Shown here: one piece after another, positions 7,714 to 16,936 of the stretch
Layout: each line of letters begins with the position of its first letter
Position numbering within the stretch: position 1 is the first letter of the stretch
Assembly: GCA_041576165.1 (NCBI GenBank)
Contig: JBFGLM010000008.1
Span: 59,091-123,090 of the forward strand
Origin: Acidimicrobiia bacterium
GTDB taxonomy: Bacteria; Actinomycetota; Acidimicrobiia; Spongiisociales; Spongiisociaceae
Reading direction: 5' to 3'
DNA length: 64,000 nucleotides
Translations under genes and position numbers: made by a program
The notes under the pieces: generated by a model
Database searches by the model: none
What the model was told of the DNA's origin: nothing
What the model saw: the letters and a program-made list of their open reading frames with translations, nothing else

Positions 7714-10335
7714 ATGGACAGCAACGAGATTCGCGCGACCTTCTTGAAGTTCTTCGCCGATCTGGATCACCAGGTCGTGCCCAGCGCGTCGCTGATCCCA
7801 ATTGATCCCACGTTGCTGCTCACCAACGCCGGCATGGTTCCGTTCAAGCCCTACATGCTGGGCGAGGAGACGCCCCCGTACCGGCGGGCAGTCAGCATTC
7901 AAAAATGCGCTCGGACGATCGACATCGACATCGTGGGTACCACCCAGCGGCACCTCACCTTCTTCGAGATGCTGGGCAACTTCAGTTTCGGCGACTACTT
8001 CAAGGAAAAGGCCATCCCTTGGGCGTACGAGCTGGTCACCGACGGCTTCGGCCTCGACCCTGATCGGTTGTGGTATTCGGTCCACAACGATGACGACGAG
8101 GCGGCCACGATCTGGATAGACGATGTAGGTGTTGCCGAGGATCGAGTCCAGCGATTCGACACGGACAACTTCTGGCAGATGGGAGTGCCCGGACCAGCCG
8201 GCCCGTCGTCGGAGATCTTCTTTGACAAGGGCCCCGAATATGGCCAGGACGGCGGTCCGGCCGTGGACGACGAACGGTTCGTCGAGATCTGGAATCTGGT
8301 GTTCATGCAGTACGTCCAGGACGAGCCATACAACGTCGTGGGCGACCTGCCGGCGAAGAACATCGACACGGGGGCCGGCCTCGAACGGCTGTCGACTGTC
8401 TTGCAGGGCGTTGACAGCGTGTTCGACACCGACCTGATCAGGCCTGTGATGGCGGCGGCCGAGGCGTCCTGTGGCATCTCCTACAGCGACGCCGAACGGT
8501 CCGACGTCTCGTTGCGGATCATGGCCGACCACGGACGGGCCGTCACGTTCCTGATCGCCGACGGTGTGGTGCCGTCCAACGAGGGTCGCGGTTATGTACT
8601 GCGTCGGCTGTTGCGCAGGTCCGTTCGCCACGCCTTCTTATACGGAACGAGTGAGCTCATCATGCCCGAGCTGATTCGCGCCACCGTGGACATCATGGGG
8701 GAAGCCTATCCGGATCTCGAGACACGCCGTGATTTCATCACCCAGCTGGCGGAGCGGGAAGAGCTGCTGTTCCGGCGCACCCTGGCGTCCGGCAGCCGTC
8801 TCCTGGACCAGGCGCTCGAAGAGCTCGATCACGGAGCAGCATTGTCCGGTCCCACGGCATTCAAGCTACATGACACCTACGGATTCCCAATCGACGTCAC
8901 CGCGGAGATCCTGCAGGAACGGGGGATCGGTCTCGACAGGTCAGGGTTTGACGACCTGATGGCGGAGCAACGCAGCCGGGCGCGGGCGGCGTTCAAAGGA
9001 AGCGATGAGGCCGCCCGCCAGGACCTGTATGTGGCGCTGCTCGGCGGAATCGGGCCCACGGAGTTTCTCGGCTATCGGGAATCGGCGGGCACGGGACTCG
9101 TCCTCTCGTTGATCCAGGAGGGTGAAGCCGTCGAACGCGCAGAGGAAGGCCAGGAGGTCGAGGTCTTCCTGGATCGGACTCCCTTCTACGCCGAGTCGGG
9201 AGGTCAGGTCGGGGACAGCGGCAGGATCGAGACCGAGACTGGAACAGTTGCGGTGCGCGACACGCAGCACGCGCTGACTGGTGTCCACGGGCACCGTGGC
9301 CAGGTCATTGCGGGTTACATTCAGGTCGGTCAGGACGCGTCCGCGGCGATCGATCCAATGCGCCGCGAACGGATACGCAAGAATCACACCGGAACGCACA
9401 TGCTCCACTGGGCGCTACGAACCGTCGTCGGCGATCATGTGCATCAGGCCGGTTCGCTGGTCGAGCCGGAACGTCTCCGCTTCGACTTTTCCCATTTCGA
9501 GGGTCTGTCACAACAACAGATCTCCGATTTGGAGCAAGTCATCAACGAGCGCATCGTTGAGAACGATCAGATAACCACGCTGGAGACGACGAAAGAACAA
9601 GCCGAGAAGATGGGTGCGCTGGCGTTTTTCGGTGACAAGTACGGGTCAGAGGTCCGGGTGGTGAGAGTGGGGGATTACTCCACGGAGTTGTGCGGCGGCA
9701 CCCATGTCCGCACCACCGGACAGGTCGGCCCGCTCGTGGTCACGACCGAGGGGTCGGTGGCGGCCAACACCCGCCGGGTGGAAGCGCTCACCGGTAACGC
9801 CGGGTTCGCCTATCTGGCCAAAGCGCGCCGCATGGTCGATGACACCGCGCGATATCTCCAGGTCCGTCCCGAGGAAGTGCCCGATCGTATCCGGGCGCTG
9901 GCCGAGCGAGCGGACGACTTGCAGGCCCAACTTGATGCCCACGCCAAACGCTCCCAGGCCGAAACCGCCGGGCAGCTGGCCGCCGGAGCGGTACAGGTGG
10001 CCGGCGTACCCGCGGTGGTGGCACTCCGCAAGGGCGCTGACGCCGTACAACTGCGGGCACTGGCACTCCAGGTTCGCGATCGGCTTGATGATGGAGTGGT
10101 GGTGTTGGGCTCCGACCAGGATGGCAAAGGCGCGCTGGTCGGGGCGGCCGCGAGAGCTCTGGTGAATCGCGGATTCTCGGTGGCAGATGCAGTTCTGGCC
10201 GGGGCCCAGATCCTCGGTGGCGGCGGCAGTCGCGACCCCGAGCTCAGTCAAGCAGGAGGCCCGAACGGGCCGGCCATCGAAGAAGCGCTAGACGCAGCCC
10301 GCAAGTCGCTGGAGAAGGAGCTGGCAGCGTTATGA
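7714..10335 (+). CDS. alaS: Alanine--tRNA ligase
   Basis: DPTLLLTNAGMVPFK, HLTFFEMLGNFSFGDYFK, NHTGTH and ELCGGTH editing motifs. Confidence 0.98.
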   Translation: MDSNEIRATFLKFFADLDHQVVPSASLIPIDPTLLLTNAGMVPFKPYMLGEETPPYRRAVSIQKCARTIDIDIVGTTQRHLTFFEMLGNFSFGDYFKEKAIPWAYELVTDGFGLDPDRLWYSVHNDDDEAATIWIDDVGVAEDRVQRFDTDNFWQMGVPGPAGPSSEIFFDKGPEYGQDGGPAVDDERFVEIWNLVFMQYVQDEPYNVVGDLPAKNIDTGAGLERLSTVLQGVDSVFDTDLIRPVMAAAEASCGISYSDAERSDVSLRIMADHGRAVTFLIADGVVPSNEGRGYVLRRLLRRSVRHAFLYGTSELIMPELIRATVDIMGEAYPDLETRRDFITQLAEREELLFRRTLASGSRLLDQALEELDHGAALSGPTAFKLHDTYGFPIDVTAEILQERGIGLDRSGFDDLMAEQRSRARAAFKGSDEAARQDLYVALLGGIGPTEFLGYRESAGTGLVLSLIQEGEAVERAEEGQEVEVFLDRTPFYAESGGQVGDSGRIETETGTVAVRDTQHALTGVHGHRGQVIAGYIQVGQDASAAIDPMRRERIRKNHTGTHMLHWALRTVVGDHVHQAGSLVEPERLRFDFSHFEGLSQQQISDLEQVINERIVENDQITTLETTKEQAEKMGALAFFGDKYGSEVRVVRVGDYSTELCGGTHVRTTGQVGPLVVTTEGSVAANTRRVEALTGNAGFAYLAKARRMVDDTARYLQVRPEEVPDRIRALAERADDLQAQLDAHAKRSQAETAGQLAAGAVQVAGVPAVVALRKGADAVQLRALALQVRDRLDDGVVVLGSDQDGKGALVGAAARALVNRGFSVADAVLAGAQILGGGGSRDPELSQAGGPNGPAIEEALDAARKSLEKELAAL

Positions 10336-10787
10336 GTACCGGCAGGGTGATGGGTGTCGACTACGGCACCAAACGCATCGGTGTGGCGCTGTCGGACGGT
10401 CTGCGCGTCGCGGCTCACCCCTACGCGGTGATTGAAGCGCGCGGGGCAGTTGCACGTCTGGTGGAGATCATCGAGGCCGAGGACGTGGCGCATGTGGTGG
10501 TCGGTTTGCCCACCGGTTTGGGCGGGAATGAGGGTGCCTCCGCGACGGGCGCACGCGCGTTGGCGGACGAGCTCCGTAAACTCATAGGTGTTCCGGTTTC
10601 AATGGCGGATGAGCGATTCACATCAAAGATCGCCGAGCGCGCACTGCTGGAGGGCGACGTGAGCCGAGGCGACCGTAAGGAGCGCATCGACAAGGTGGCA
10701 GCGGCCGTGATGCTGCAGGCAGTGCTGGATCGGCCGGGCGGAGTGGAGTCACTGGATGACCGACACCCAAATACCTCCCTCAACTGA
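10332..10787 (+). CDS. ruvX: Pre-16S rRNA nuclease / Holliday junction resolvase-like RuvX (YqgF)
   Basis: GVDYGTKRIGVA, VVGLP, DERFTS, IDKVAAAVMLQ. Confidence 0.95.
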   Translation: MSTGRVMGVDYGTKRIGVALSDGLRVAAHPYAVIEARGAVARLVEIIEAEDVAHVVVGLPTGLGGNEGASATGARALADELRKLIGVPVSMADERFTSKIAERALLEGDVSRGDRKERIDKVAAAVMLQAVLDRPGGVESLDDRHPNTSLN

Positions 10788-11883
10788 CGACGACACACCC
10801 GCCGTCGAGCCGCGCCGGCGCAGCCTGCTCGGGATTGTCGTCGGACTCGCGCTGGCGGCCGGTGTGGTGGTCGGGGTCATGCAGTTCGGGCAACTCGCGG
10901 CTGATTTCCTGGCCGATCTCACCGGTGCGCCGGACGACATCACCGCCCCCGCAGTTCAGCCCGGCCAGCCGGTCACCGTGAACATCCCAGACGGCGTGAG
11001 TGCGCGAGCGATCGCCGAGATCCTCACCCAAGAAGCGGTCGTGTCGTCGACCCTGGAGTTCGAAGTGGCGGTCCGCACCCGGAATGCCGGCAACGCGCTG
11101 CAAGCCGGAGACTACGAGTTCGAAACCGGGATGGCTGCCGCTGAGGTCATCGACATCCTGATTGCAGGGCCGAACATCGAGACATTCCGACTGACCCTCC
11201 GAGAAGGACTGCGCATCCGCGAGGTCCTGGACGAATTGGCGGCGCAGACCCCGTACACAGCGACCCAGCTCGAATCCGCCCTGCTGTCGGGCGAAGTGGT
11301 CTCCGCCTTCGTGCCTGCCAACGCCCGGACGGTGCAGGAGTGGGAGGGTGCCCTGTTCCCCGACACCTATGAGTTCTTTGCGGACGCAACCGAGGTCGAG
11401 GTCCTGCAGCGCCTCGTCGACGAGCTCGAACAGAACATCGGTTCCATCGACTGGAGCTTCGTGCGGCGGCGGGGACTGTCACTGTACGAGGGACTGATCA
11501 TGGCGTCGATGGTCGAGGCGGAGACCAGGATCGATCTCGACCGCCCGCAGGTAGCGAGCGTGCTGTTCAACCGGATGGAGATCGGCATGGCACTGCAGAT
11601 CGACGCCACGGTGCTCTATGCGCTCGACGTGCGAGGCGTGGGACTCACATTGGGTGATCTCGAGGTCGACTCGCCGTACAACACCTACAAGTACGCGGGA
11701 CTCCCACCCACTCCGATCGGCACGGTGGGGATGGCGTCGCTGGAAGCCGTGGCCGAGCCGGCGGACACCGAGTTCCTGTACTACGTGCTCACGTCAACCG
11801 ACGGAACGCACAGTTTCACGGCGGACTACGACGAGTTCCTTGATCTCAAAGACCAAGCCAAGGAAGACGGCGTCATTCCGTGA
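10756..11883 (+). CDS. mltG: Endolytic transglycosylase MltG
   Basis: N-terminal TM helix, EGALFPDTY, ASMVEAE, LQIDATVLY, SPYNTY...GLPPTPI. Confidence 0.95.
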   Translation: MTDTQIPPSTDDDTPAVEPRRRSLLGIVVGLALAAGVVVGVMQFGQLAADFLADLTGAPDDITAPAVQPGQPVTVNIPDGVSARAIAEILTQEAVVSSTLEFEVAVRTRNAGNALQAGDYEFETGMAAAEVIDILIAGPNIETFRLTLREGLRIREVLDELAAQTPYTATQLESALLSGEVVSAFVPANARTVQEWEGALFPDTYEFFADATEVEVLQRLVDELEQNIGSIDWSFVRRRGLSLYEGLIMASMVEAETRIDLDRPQVASVLFNRMEIGMALQIDATVLYALDVRGVGLTLGDLEVDSPYNTYKYAGLPPTPIGTVGMASLEAVAEPADTEFLYYVLTSTDGTHSFTADYDEFLDLKDQAKEDGVIP

Positions 11884-12665
11884 CGCGTCCGGCACTGGAG
11901 TTCCTGGTCGTCGGGGACCCGATCGAACATTCGCTGTCACCGCGCATCCAGCAGGCCGCGCTGGACTGGAATGGCATCGCCGGCAGGTACGGCAAGCTGC
12001 GGGTAGATGAACCCGGCCTGAACGAGGTCGTTTCGAGGTTGCGAGCCGGCCGGCTCCATGGCACCAACGTAACGATGCCCCACAAACTGGCAGCAGCCCG
12101 CCTGGCCGACGCGCTGACTCCTGCTGCCGCCCGGACGGGGGCAGTGAACACGCTCGTGCCGGTCGATGGTCGGGTACTGGGCGACAGCACGGACATCGAG
12201 GGCGTGGCCTGGGCCTGGAAAAGGGCAGGATTCGGCGAGAGAGCCCCAGCCCACATACTGGGGGCAGGAGGAGCGGCGGCCGCGGCGCTGGTGGCGCTCG
12301 AAGGTCGGGCCCTCTCCATCAGTGCGCGGCGCCGAGAACAGGCGCAAGAGCTGGTCGAACGCGTGGGGGCAGACGCCCAGGTCGTGCCGTGGGGAGAGCC
12401 AGCGGCCGCAGTGGTGGTCAATGCCACCCCGATCGGGCTCACCAACGATGATGCGCTGCCCCCCGTGGTTCTCGCAGCTGCGACCGGTCTATTCGACATG
12501 GTCTACGGGCATGAAACCCAGGCCGTGCGACGCAGCAGGGCTCGCGGGATCACTGTATGTGATGGACGTTTGATGCTGGTCGGACAGGCCGCCGCCTCGT
12601 TCTCGTTGTGGACCGGGGCAGCGGCCCCCCACCGGGTGATGCTCGCGGCCCTGGAAAGCGCCTGA
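11880..12665 (+). CDS. aroE: Shikimate dehydrogenase
   Basis: GDPIEHSLSP, NVTMPHK, GAVNT, LGAGGAA, VNATPIG. Confidence 0.93.
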   Translation: MTRPALEFLVVGDPIEHSLSPRIQQAALDWNGIAGRYGKLRVDEPGLNEVVSRLRAGRLHGTNVTMPHKLAAARLADALTPAAARTGAVNTLVPVDGRVLGDSTDIEGVAWAWKRAGFGERAPAHILGAGGAAAAALVALEGRALSISARRREQAQELVERVGADAQVVPWGEPAAAVVVNATPIGLTNDDALPPVVLAAATGLFDMVYGHETQAVRRSRARGITVCDGRLMLVGQAAASFSLWTGAAAPHRVMLAALESA

Positions 12666-12769
12666 GCGCCCCAACTTCCGCTGGGCGGTGGCATGGAGCC
12701 TGCTCCACGACGATGCACCGATCGCCAAACCGCACACCGCGCTGACTGACCGCGCAGAGTGGCAAACAT

Positions 12770-12796
12770 CTCAAGCGAGCCCGATGCGGCGCCGAA
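12770..12796 (+). promoter_or_regulatory. Putative sigma-WhiG/FliA (sigma28) promoter of the DUF4388-pilB-pilT-pilC operon
   Basis: CTCA-N17-GCCGAA, ending 28 nt before the SD-preceded GTG at 12825. Confidence 0.7.
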
Positions 12797-12824
12797 AACT
12801 GGGACAGCATCAGCTGGAGGCGCC

Positions 12825-13646
12825 GTGTCGTTGACAGGCAACCTTGAATCGTTTCCGCTCGCAGAGGTCCTGCGGCTTGCAGCGCGCACGAAACAGTCGG
12901 GCTTGCTGCGGGTGGAGGCCGGCGGGACACATGGACGTCTCTTCTTCCTCGAAGGGGCACTCACGTTTGGCTCCACTCGTGAGGAAGACGATCTTGGTGG
13001 GGAACTGACCAAGGCTGGATTGATAGATCCACACAAGTGGTATCCGGTCGAACGAGGTGAGCAGCCGGTAGAGAGTGCGCTCACGGACGGCACCAACCCC
13101 GGTGACCTGCGGCGCCACATTGCCGATCGTCTCACTGATGCCCTGATCCGCCTGATGCGCCCCAGGCATGGGACCTTCGACTTCGTCGATGACTCAACTC
13201 CGCGTTATCACACCACCCAGGTCATCGACGTGGACGAATGTCTCGGAGCAGCCGAGAGCCGGGTTGCGGAATGGGCGGCCATCGAGGCCGTGATCCCCAC
13301 CGCCTGGCGCCGGCTGACGTTGAGCCCGGTGCCGCCGGCCGAGTCGGTGACGCTCAATGCGGATACATGGCGCATCCTTGCCGCCCTCCGGGGCAAGGGG
13401 TCCATCGAAGAGGTCGCCGAACGAATGGGACTCAGCGACTTCCAGGCGGCGCGAGCGATGGCCGAGATGACCCGGGCCGGGTTGCTCGTCCTGGTCGACG
13501 ATGACGAACACGCCTCCGAGGCGCTCCCGGAGCGGTTCGGCGACTCAGATCACACCAGCCTCCGGCAGTTCGAGATTCTCGGGGGACCCGAACCGACCGT
13601 CGAGTTACTAACCGGCCCAGGTCGCAACGGCCTCGACACCCAATGA
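12825..13646 (+). CDS. DUF4388 (PatA-N-like) domain protein
   Basis: VSLTGNLESFPLAEVLRLAARTKQSGLLRV...GRLFFLEG...GTFDF; SD GGAGG at 12816; C-terminal wHTH-like segment. Confidence 0.8.
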   Translation: MSLTGNLESFPLAEVLRLAARTKQSGLLRVEAGGTHGRLFFLEGALTFGSTREEDDLGGELTKAGLIDPHKWYPVERGEQPVESALTDGTNPGDLRRHIADRLTDALIRLMRPRHGTFDFVDDSTPRYHTTQVIDVDECLGAAESRVAEWAAIEAVIPTAWRRLTLSPVPPAESVTLNADTWRILAALRGKGSIEEVAERMGLSDFQAARAMAEMTRAGLLVLVDDDEHASEALPERFGDSDHTSLRQFEILGGPEPTVELLTGPGRNGLDTQ

Positions 13647-13659
13647 AAGAGCGGGTGCA

Positions 13660-15336
13660 ATGAATGGAGGAGGCCACCTCGGCACGGTTCTGCTCGACGA
13701 GGGACTGATAACTCAAGACGCCCTGGACAGAGCGGTGGAACTGGGTCAGGAGCGAAACCAGCCCCTCGGACGGGTCCTGGTCGACGAAAAGATGGTGTCG
13801 GAACCGGCGTTGGTCAAAGCGCTGGCCCGCCACATCGGTATCGAATTCGTTGACTTGGCCACGGTCACGATCGATCCCGCCGCCGCTTCGCTGGTCCCGG
13901 ATCAACTGGCCCGTCGCTACGCCGCCCTACCCATTGGGTTCGAGGACGACAAGCTCGTGATCGCAATGGCCGATCCGGGCAATGTGCTGGCGCTCGACGA
14001 TATCCGGGCGATATCCGGGCGCGAGATCATCACCAAAGTGGCCACCCGAACGGATGTCGAGAATGCTGTCAGCCGGCTGGCCGGCCTGGACGACTCGGTC
14101 ACCGATCTAGCGGAACTCGCCGCCGATGGCGTTGAGCGAGAAGATCTCGACGCGATAGAAGCCGCTGCCGAGGAAGCGCCGGTAATCAAGCTGGTGAACA
14201 CGTTGATCACCCGCGCGGCAGCCGACCGTGCATCGGACATCCACATCGAGCCGACCGATCGGGACCTGCGCATCCGCTACCGGATCGACGGTGTCCTGCA
14301 CGAGCTGATGCGCACGCCCCGTTCCATCGCTCGGGCGGTGGTCAGCCGACTGAAGATCATGTCAGACATCGACATTGCCGAGCGGCGCCGCCCCCAGGAC
14401 GGCCGGATCAGCCTACGAGTCTCGGGTCGACAGATCGATCTGCGCGTTTCCACGCTCCCGACCATCTACGGCGAGAAGGTGGTGATGCGGATCCTCGACA
14501 ACTCGACCGCAACGCTCCAGCTCACGGACCTCGGCTTCTTGCCCGAAACGCTGGAACGCTTTGCCGGGTCGTACACAAAACCCTACGGAACGATTCTCGT
14601 CACAGGCCCGACCGGTTCGGGCAAATCGACCACGCTCTATGCCACGCTCAACGTGATCAACCGTCCCGAGGTCAACATCGTGACGGTGGAGGATCCGGTC
14701 GAGTACCGACTGAGTGGGATCAACCAGGTCCAGGTGAACAAGAAAGCCGGACTGGACTTCGCTTCCGCCTTGCGGTCGTTCCTGCGGCAGGACCCCGATG
14801 TAATGCTCGTGGGTGAGATCCGGGACCTCGAAACCGCCCAGATCGCCATCGAGTCGGCTCTGACGGGTCACCTCGTTCTGTCGACACTCCACACCAACGA
14901 TGCGCCGTCCAGCATCAGCCGCCTCACCGAAATGGGAGTCGAGCCCTTCTTGGTGGGTTCGGCCGTCGACGCGATTCTCGCCCAGCGGCTGGCCCGGCGG
15001 TTGTGTTCCTCGTGCAGGGCGCCGTACGAACCCACCCTGGAGGCTCTGCGCACGGCCGGATGGGACCTCGAGAGCATGGGTAACGAAATGCCCACTCTCT
15101 ACAAAGCAGAAGGCTGCTCCGCATGTTCCGGTACCGGCTACAAGGGCCGACTTGCCCTCCACGAACTGATGATCGTGAGCGAGGAAATCGAGCGGCTGAC
15201 GGTAGAGCACGCCTCAACTGATGAAATCAAGAAGATCGCCGAATCGCAGGGCATGCGGCCTCTGCGGCTCGACGGTCTCGCCAAGGTGGCGCAGGGATTG
15301 ACCACGATCGAAGAGATCTTCCGGGTTGTGGTTTGA
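13660..15336 (+). CDS. pilB: Type IV pilus extension ATPase with MshEN-like N-terminus
   Basis: ASDIHIEP, RRPQDGR, GPTGSGKSTT, LRQDPD, tetracysteine CSSC/CSAC; N-terminal HLGTVLLDEGLI. Confidence 0.95.
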   Translation: MNGGGHLGTVLLDEGLITQDALDRAVELGQERNQPLGRVLVDEKMVSEPALVKALARHIGIEFVDLATVTIDPAAASLVPDQLARRYAALPIGFEDDKLVIAMADPGNVLALDDIRAISGREIITKVATRTDVENAVSRLAGLDDSVTDLAELAADGVEREDLDAIEAAAEEAPVIKLVNTLITRAAADRASDIHIEPTDRDLRIRYRIDGVLHELMRTPRSIARAVVSRLKIMSDIDIAERRRPQDGRISLRVSGRQIDLRVSTLPTIYGEKVVMRILDNSTATLQLTDLGFLPETLERFAGSYTKPYGTILVTGPTGSGKSTTLYATLNVINRPEVNIVTVEDPVEYRLSGINQVQVNKKAGLDFASALRSFLRQDPDVMLVGEIRDLETAQIAIESALTGHLVLSTLHTNDAPSSISRLTEMGVEPFLVGSAVDAILAQRLARRLCSSCRAPYEPTLEALRTAGWDLESMGNEMPTLYKAEGCSACSGTGYKGRLALHELMIVSEEIERLTVEHASTDEIKKIAESQGMRPLRLDGLAKVAQGLTTIEEIFRVVV

Positions 15337-15355
15337 CGGCGACAAGGAATATGAC

Positions 15356-16927
15356 ATGACAACAACAGCGACCAACAGCGCATCACGCAAACTGGGCGAA
15401 TTGCTCGTGGACAAGCATCTCGTGTCCAAAGATGTACTCGAGCGCCTCCTGATCGAAGAAGCAGATTCCGGCAAGCCGGTGGCGCGGTTGCTCGTGGAAC
15501 AGGGACACGTCCAGGAAGCTGATTTGCTACGCGCCATTGCGGAACGAATCAACATGCCATTCCTCGAGCTCGACAGTGCGCATTTCGAGCCGGAAGCTGT
15601 CGCCAAGCTGGCGCCGAATGACGCGCAGTCCCTCGTCGCCATCCCCGTACGGGATGACAACGGGCGACTGATCGTGGCCGTCGCAGATCCGTTCGATCCC
15701 GAGAAGCACCGGCGCCTCGAGCATGCGACAAAGATGCCGGTGCAGCTGGTGCTGGCAACGCGAGCAAAGATCCGCGACGCAATCGATCGATCAACCCGAG
15801 CGGCGGGCGCCGAGTCGACCACCGCCCCCTCCGTCGCGCCGGATGACCCGGACGACGAAGGCTTCCACATCAATCAGCTCCTCAAGGAGCTTTCTGAACT
15901 GAACGGATCGGACCTGCATCTGACCGCAGGATCGCCGCCACAGGTGCGGGTGAACGGGGCGCTACGCCCGCTCGACGGATATGACGTCATGAAGCCGGCA
16001 ACGCTGCGGCGGCTGATCTATGGAATCCTCACAGAGAAGCAGCGGGAAAAGCTTGAAGAGACGCTCGAGCTTGACGGATCACATCCGGTCCCGCGCCACG
16101 GCCGCTTCCGCGTGAACGTGTTCTTTCAGCGTGACAGCATCGGCGCCGTGTTTCGTGCCATCCCCAGCGAGATCAAGTCTCTGAACGACCTGGGCCTGCC
16201 GCCGGCTGTGGCCGGATTCGCGGACGTGCCAAGGGGCCTGGTCCTGGTGACGGGGCCAACCGGTTCGGGAAAGTCCACCACCCTGGCGTCGATCATCGAC
16301 ATGATCAACGAGCGTCATGCGGTTCACATCATGACGGTGGAAGATCCGATCGAGTTCCTGCACCGGCACAAGTCGGCCATCGTCAATCAGCGCGAGGTCG
16401 GGGCCGACACATTGGGATTCGAGCACGCGTTGCGCCACGCCCTGCGCCAGGACCCCGATGTGATCCTGGTGGGTGAGTTGCGGGATTTGGAGACGATCTC
16501 GACGGCGCTCACGGCGGCCGAAACCGGCCACCTCGTATTCGCAACGCTGCACACCCAGGACGCGCCGCAGACGATCGACCGGGTCATCGATGTGTTCCCG
16601 CCGCACCAACAGCAACAGGTCCGGGTGCAGCTAGCGGCCACTTTGCAGGGAATCGTGACCCAACAGCTCGTGCGAACTGCCGACGGGAAGGGCCGGGCGT
16701 GCGCGGCGGAAGTCATGGTGGCCACACCGGCCATCCGCAACCTCATTCGCGAGGCGAAAAATCACCAGATCACCACTGCCATGCAGGCCGGCGGCCGGCA
16801 CGGAATGGTGACAATGGATCAGTCGCTGGCCGACCTCGTGAAGCGGAACTTGATCACGTTCGACGTGGGCGCTGAGCGGTGCGCCAACCTCGAAGACTTC
16901 CAGCGACTCGCCGGCCGTGTGAGCTAG
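15356..16927 (+). CDS. pilT: Type IV pilus retraction ATPase with an extra N-terminal MshEN/N1-like domain
   Basis: GSDLHL, GPTGSGKSTTLAS, EDPIEF, TAAETGHLVFATLHT, AIRNLIRE; about 165 extra N-terminal residues. Confidence 0.92.
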   Translation: MTTTATNSASRKLGELLVDKHLVSKDVLERLLIEEADSGKPVARLLVEQGHVQEADLLRAIAERINMPFLELDSAHFEPEAVAKLAPNDAQSLVAIPVRDDNGRLIVAVADPFDPEKHRRLEHATKMPVQLVLATRAKIRDAIDRSTRAAGAESTTAPSVAPDDPDDEGFHINQLLKELSELNGSDLHLTAGSPPQVRVNGALRPLDGYDVMKPATLRRLIYGILTEKQREKLEETLELDGSHPVPRHGRFRVNVFFQRDSIGAVFRAIPSEIKSLNDLGLPPAVAGFADVPRGLVLVTGPTGSGKSTTLASIIDMINERHAVHIMTVEDPIEFLHRHKSAIVNQREVGADTLGFEHALRHALRQDPDVILVGELRDLETISTALTAAETGHLVFATLHTQDAPQTIDRVIDVFPPHQQQQVRVQLAATLQGIVTQQLVRTADGKGRACAAEVMVATPAIRNLIREAKNHQITTAMQAGGRHGMVTMDQSLADLVKRNLITFDVGAERCANLEDFQRLAGRVS

Positions 16928-16936
16928 GAGACGAGG

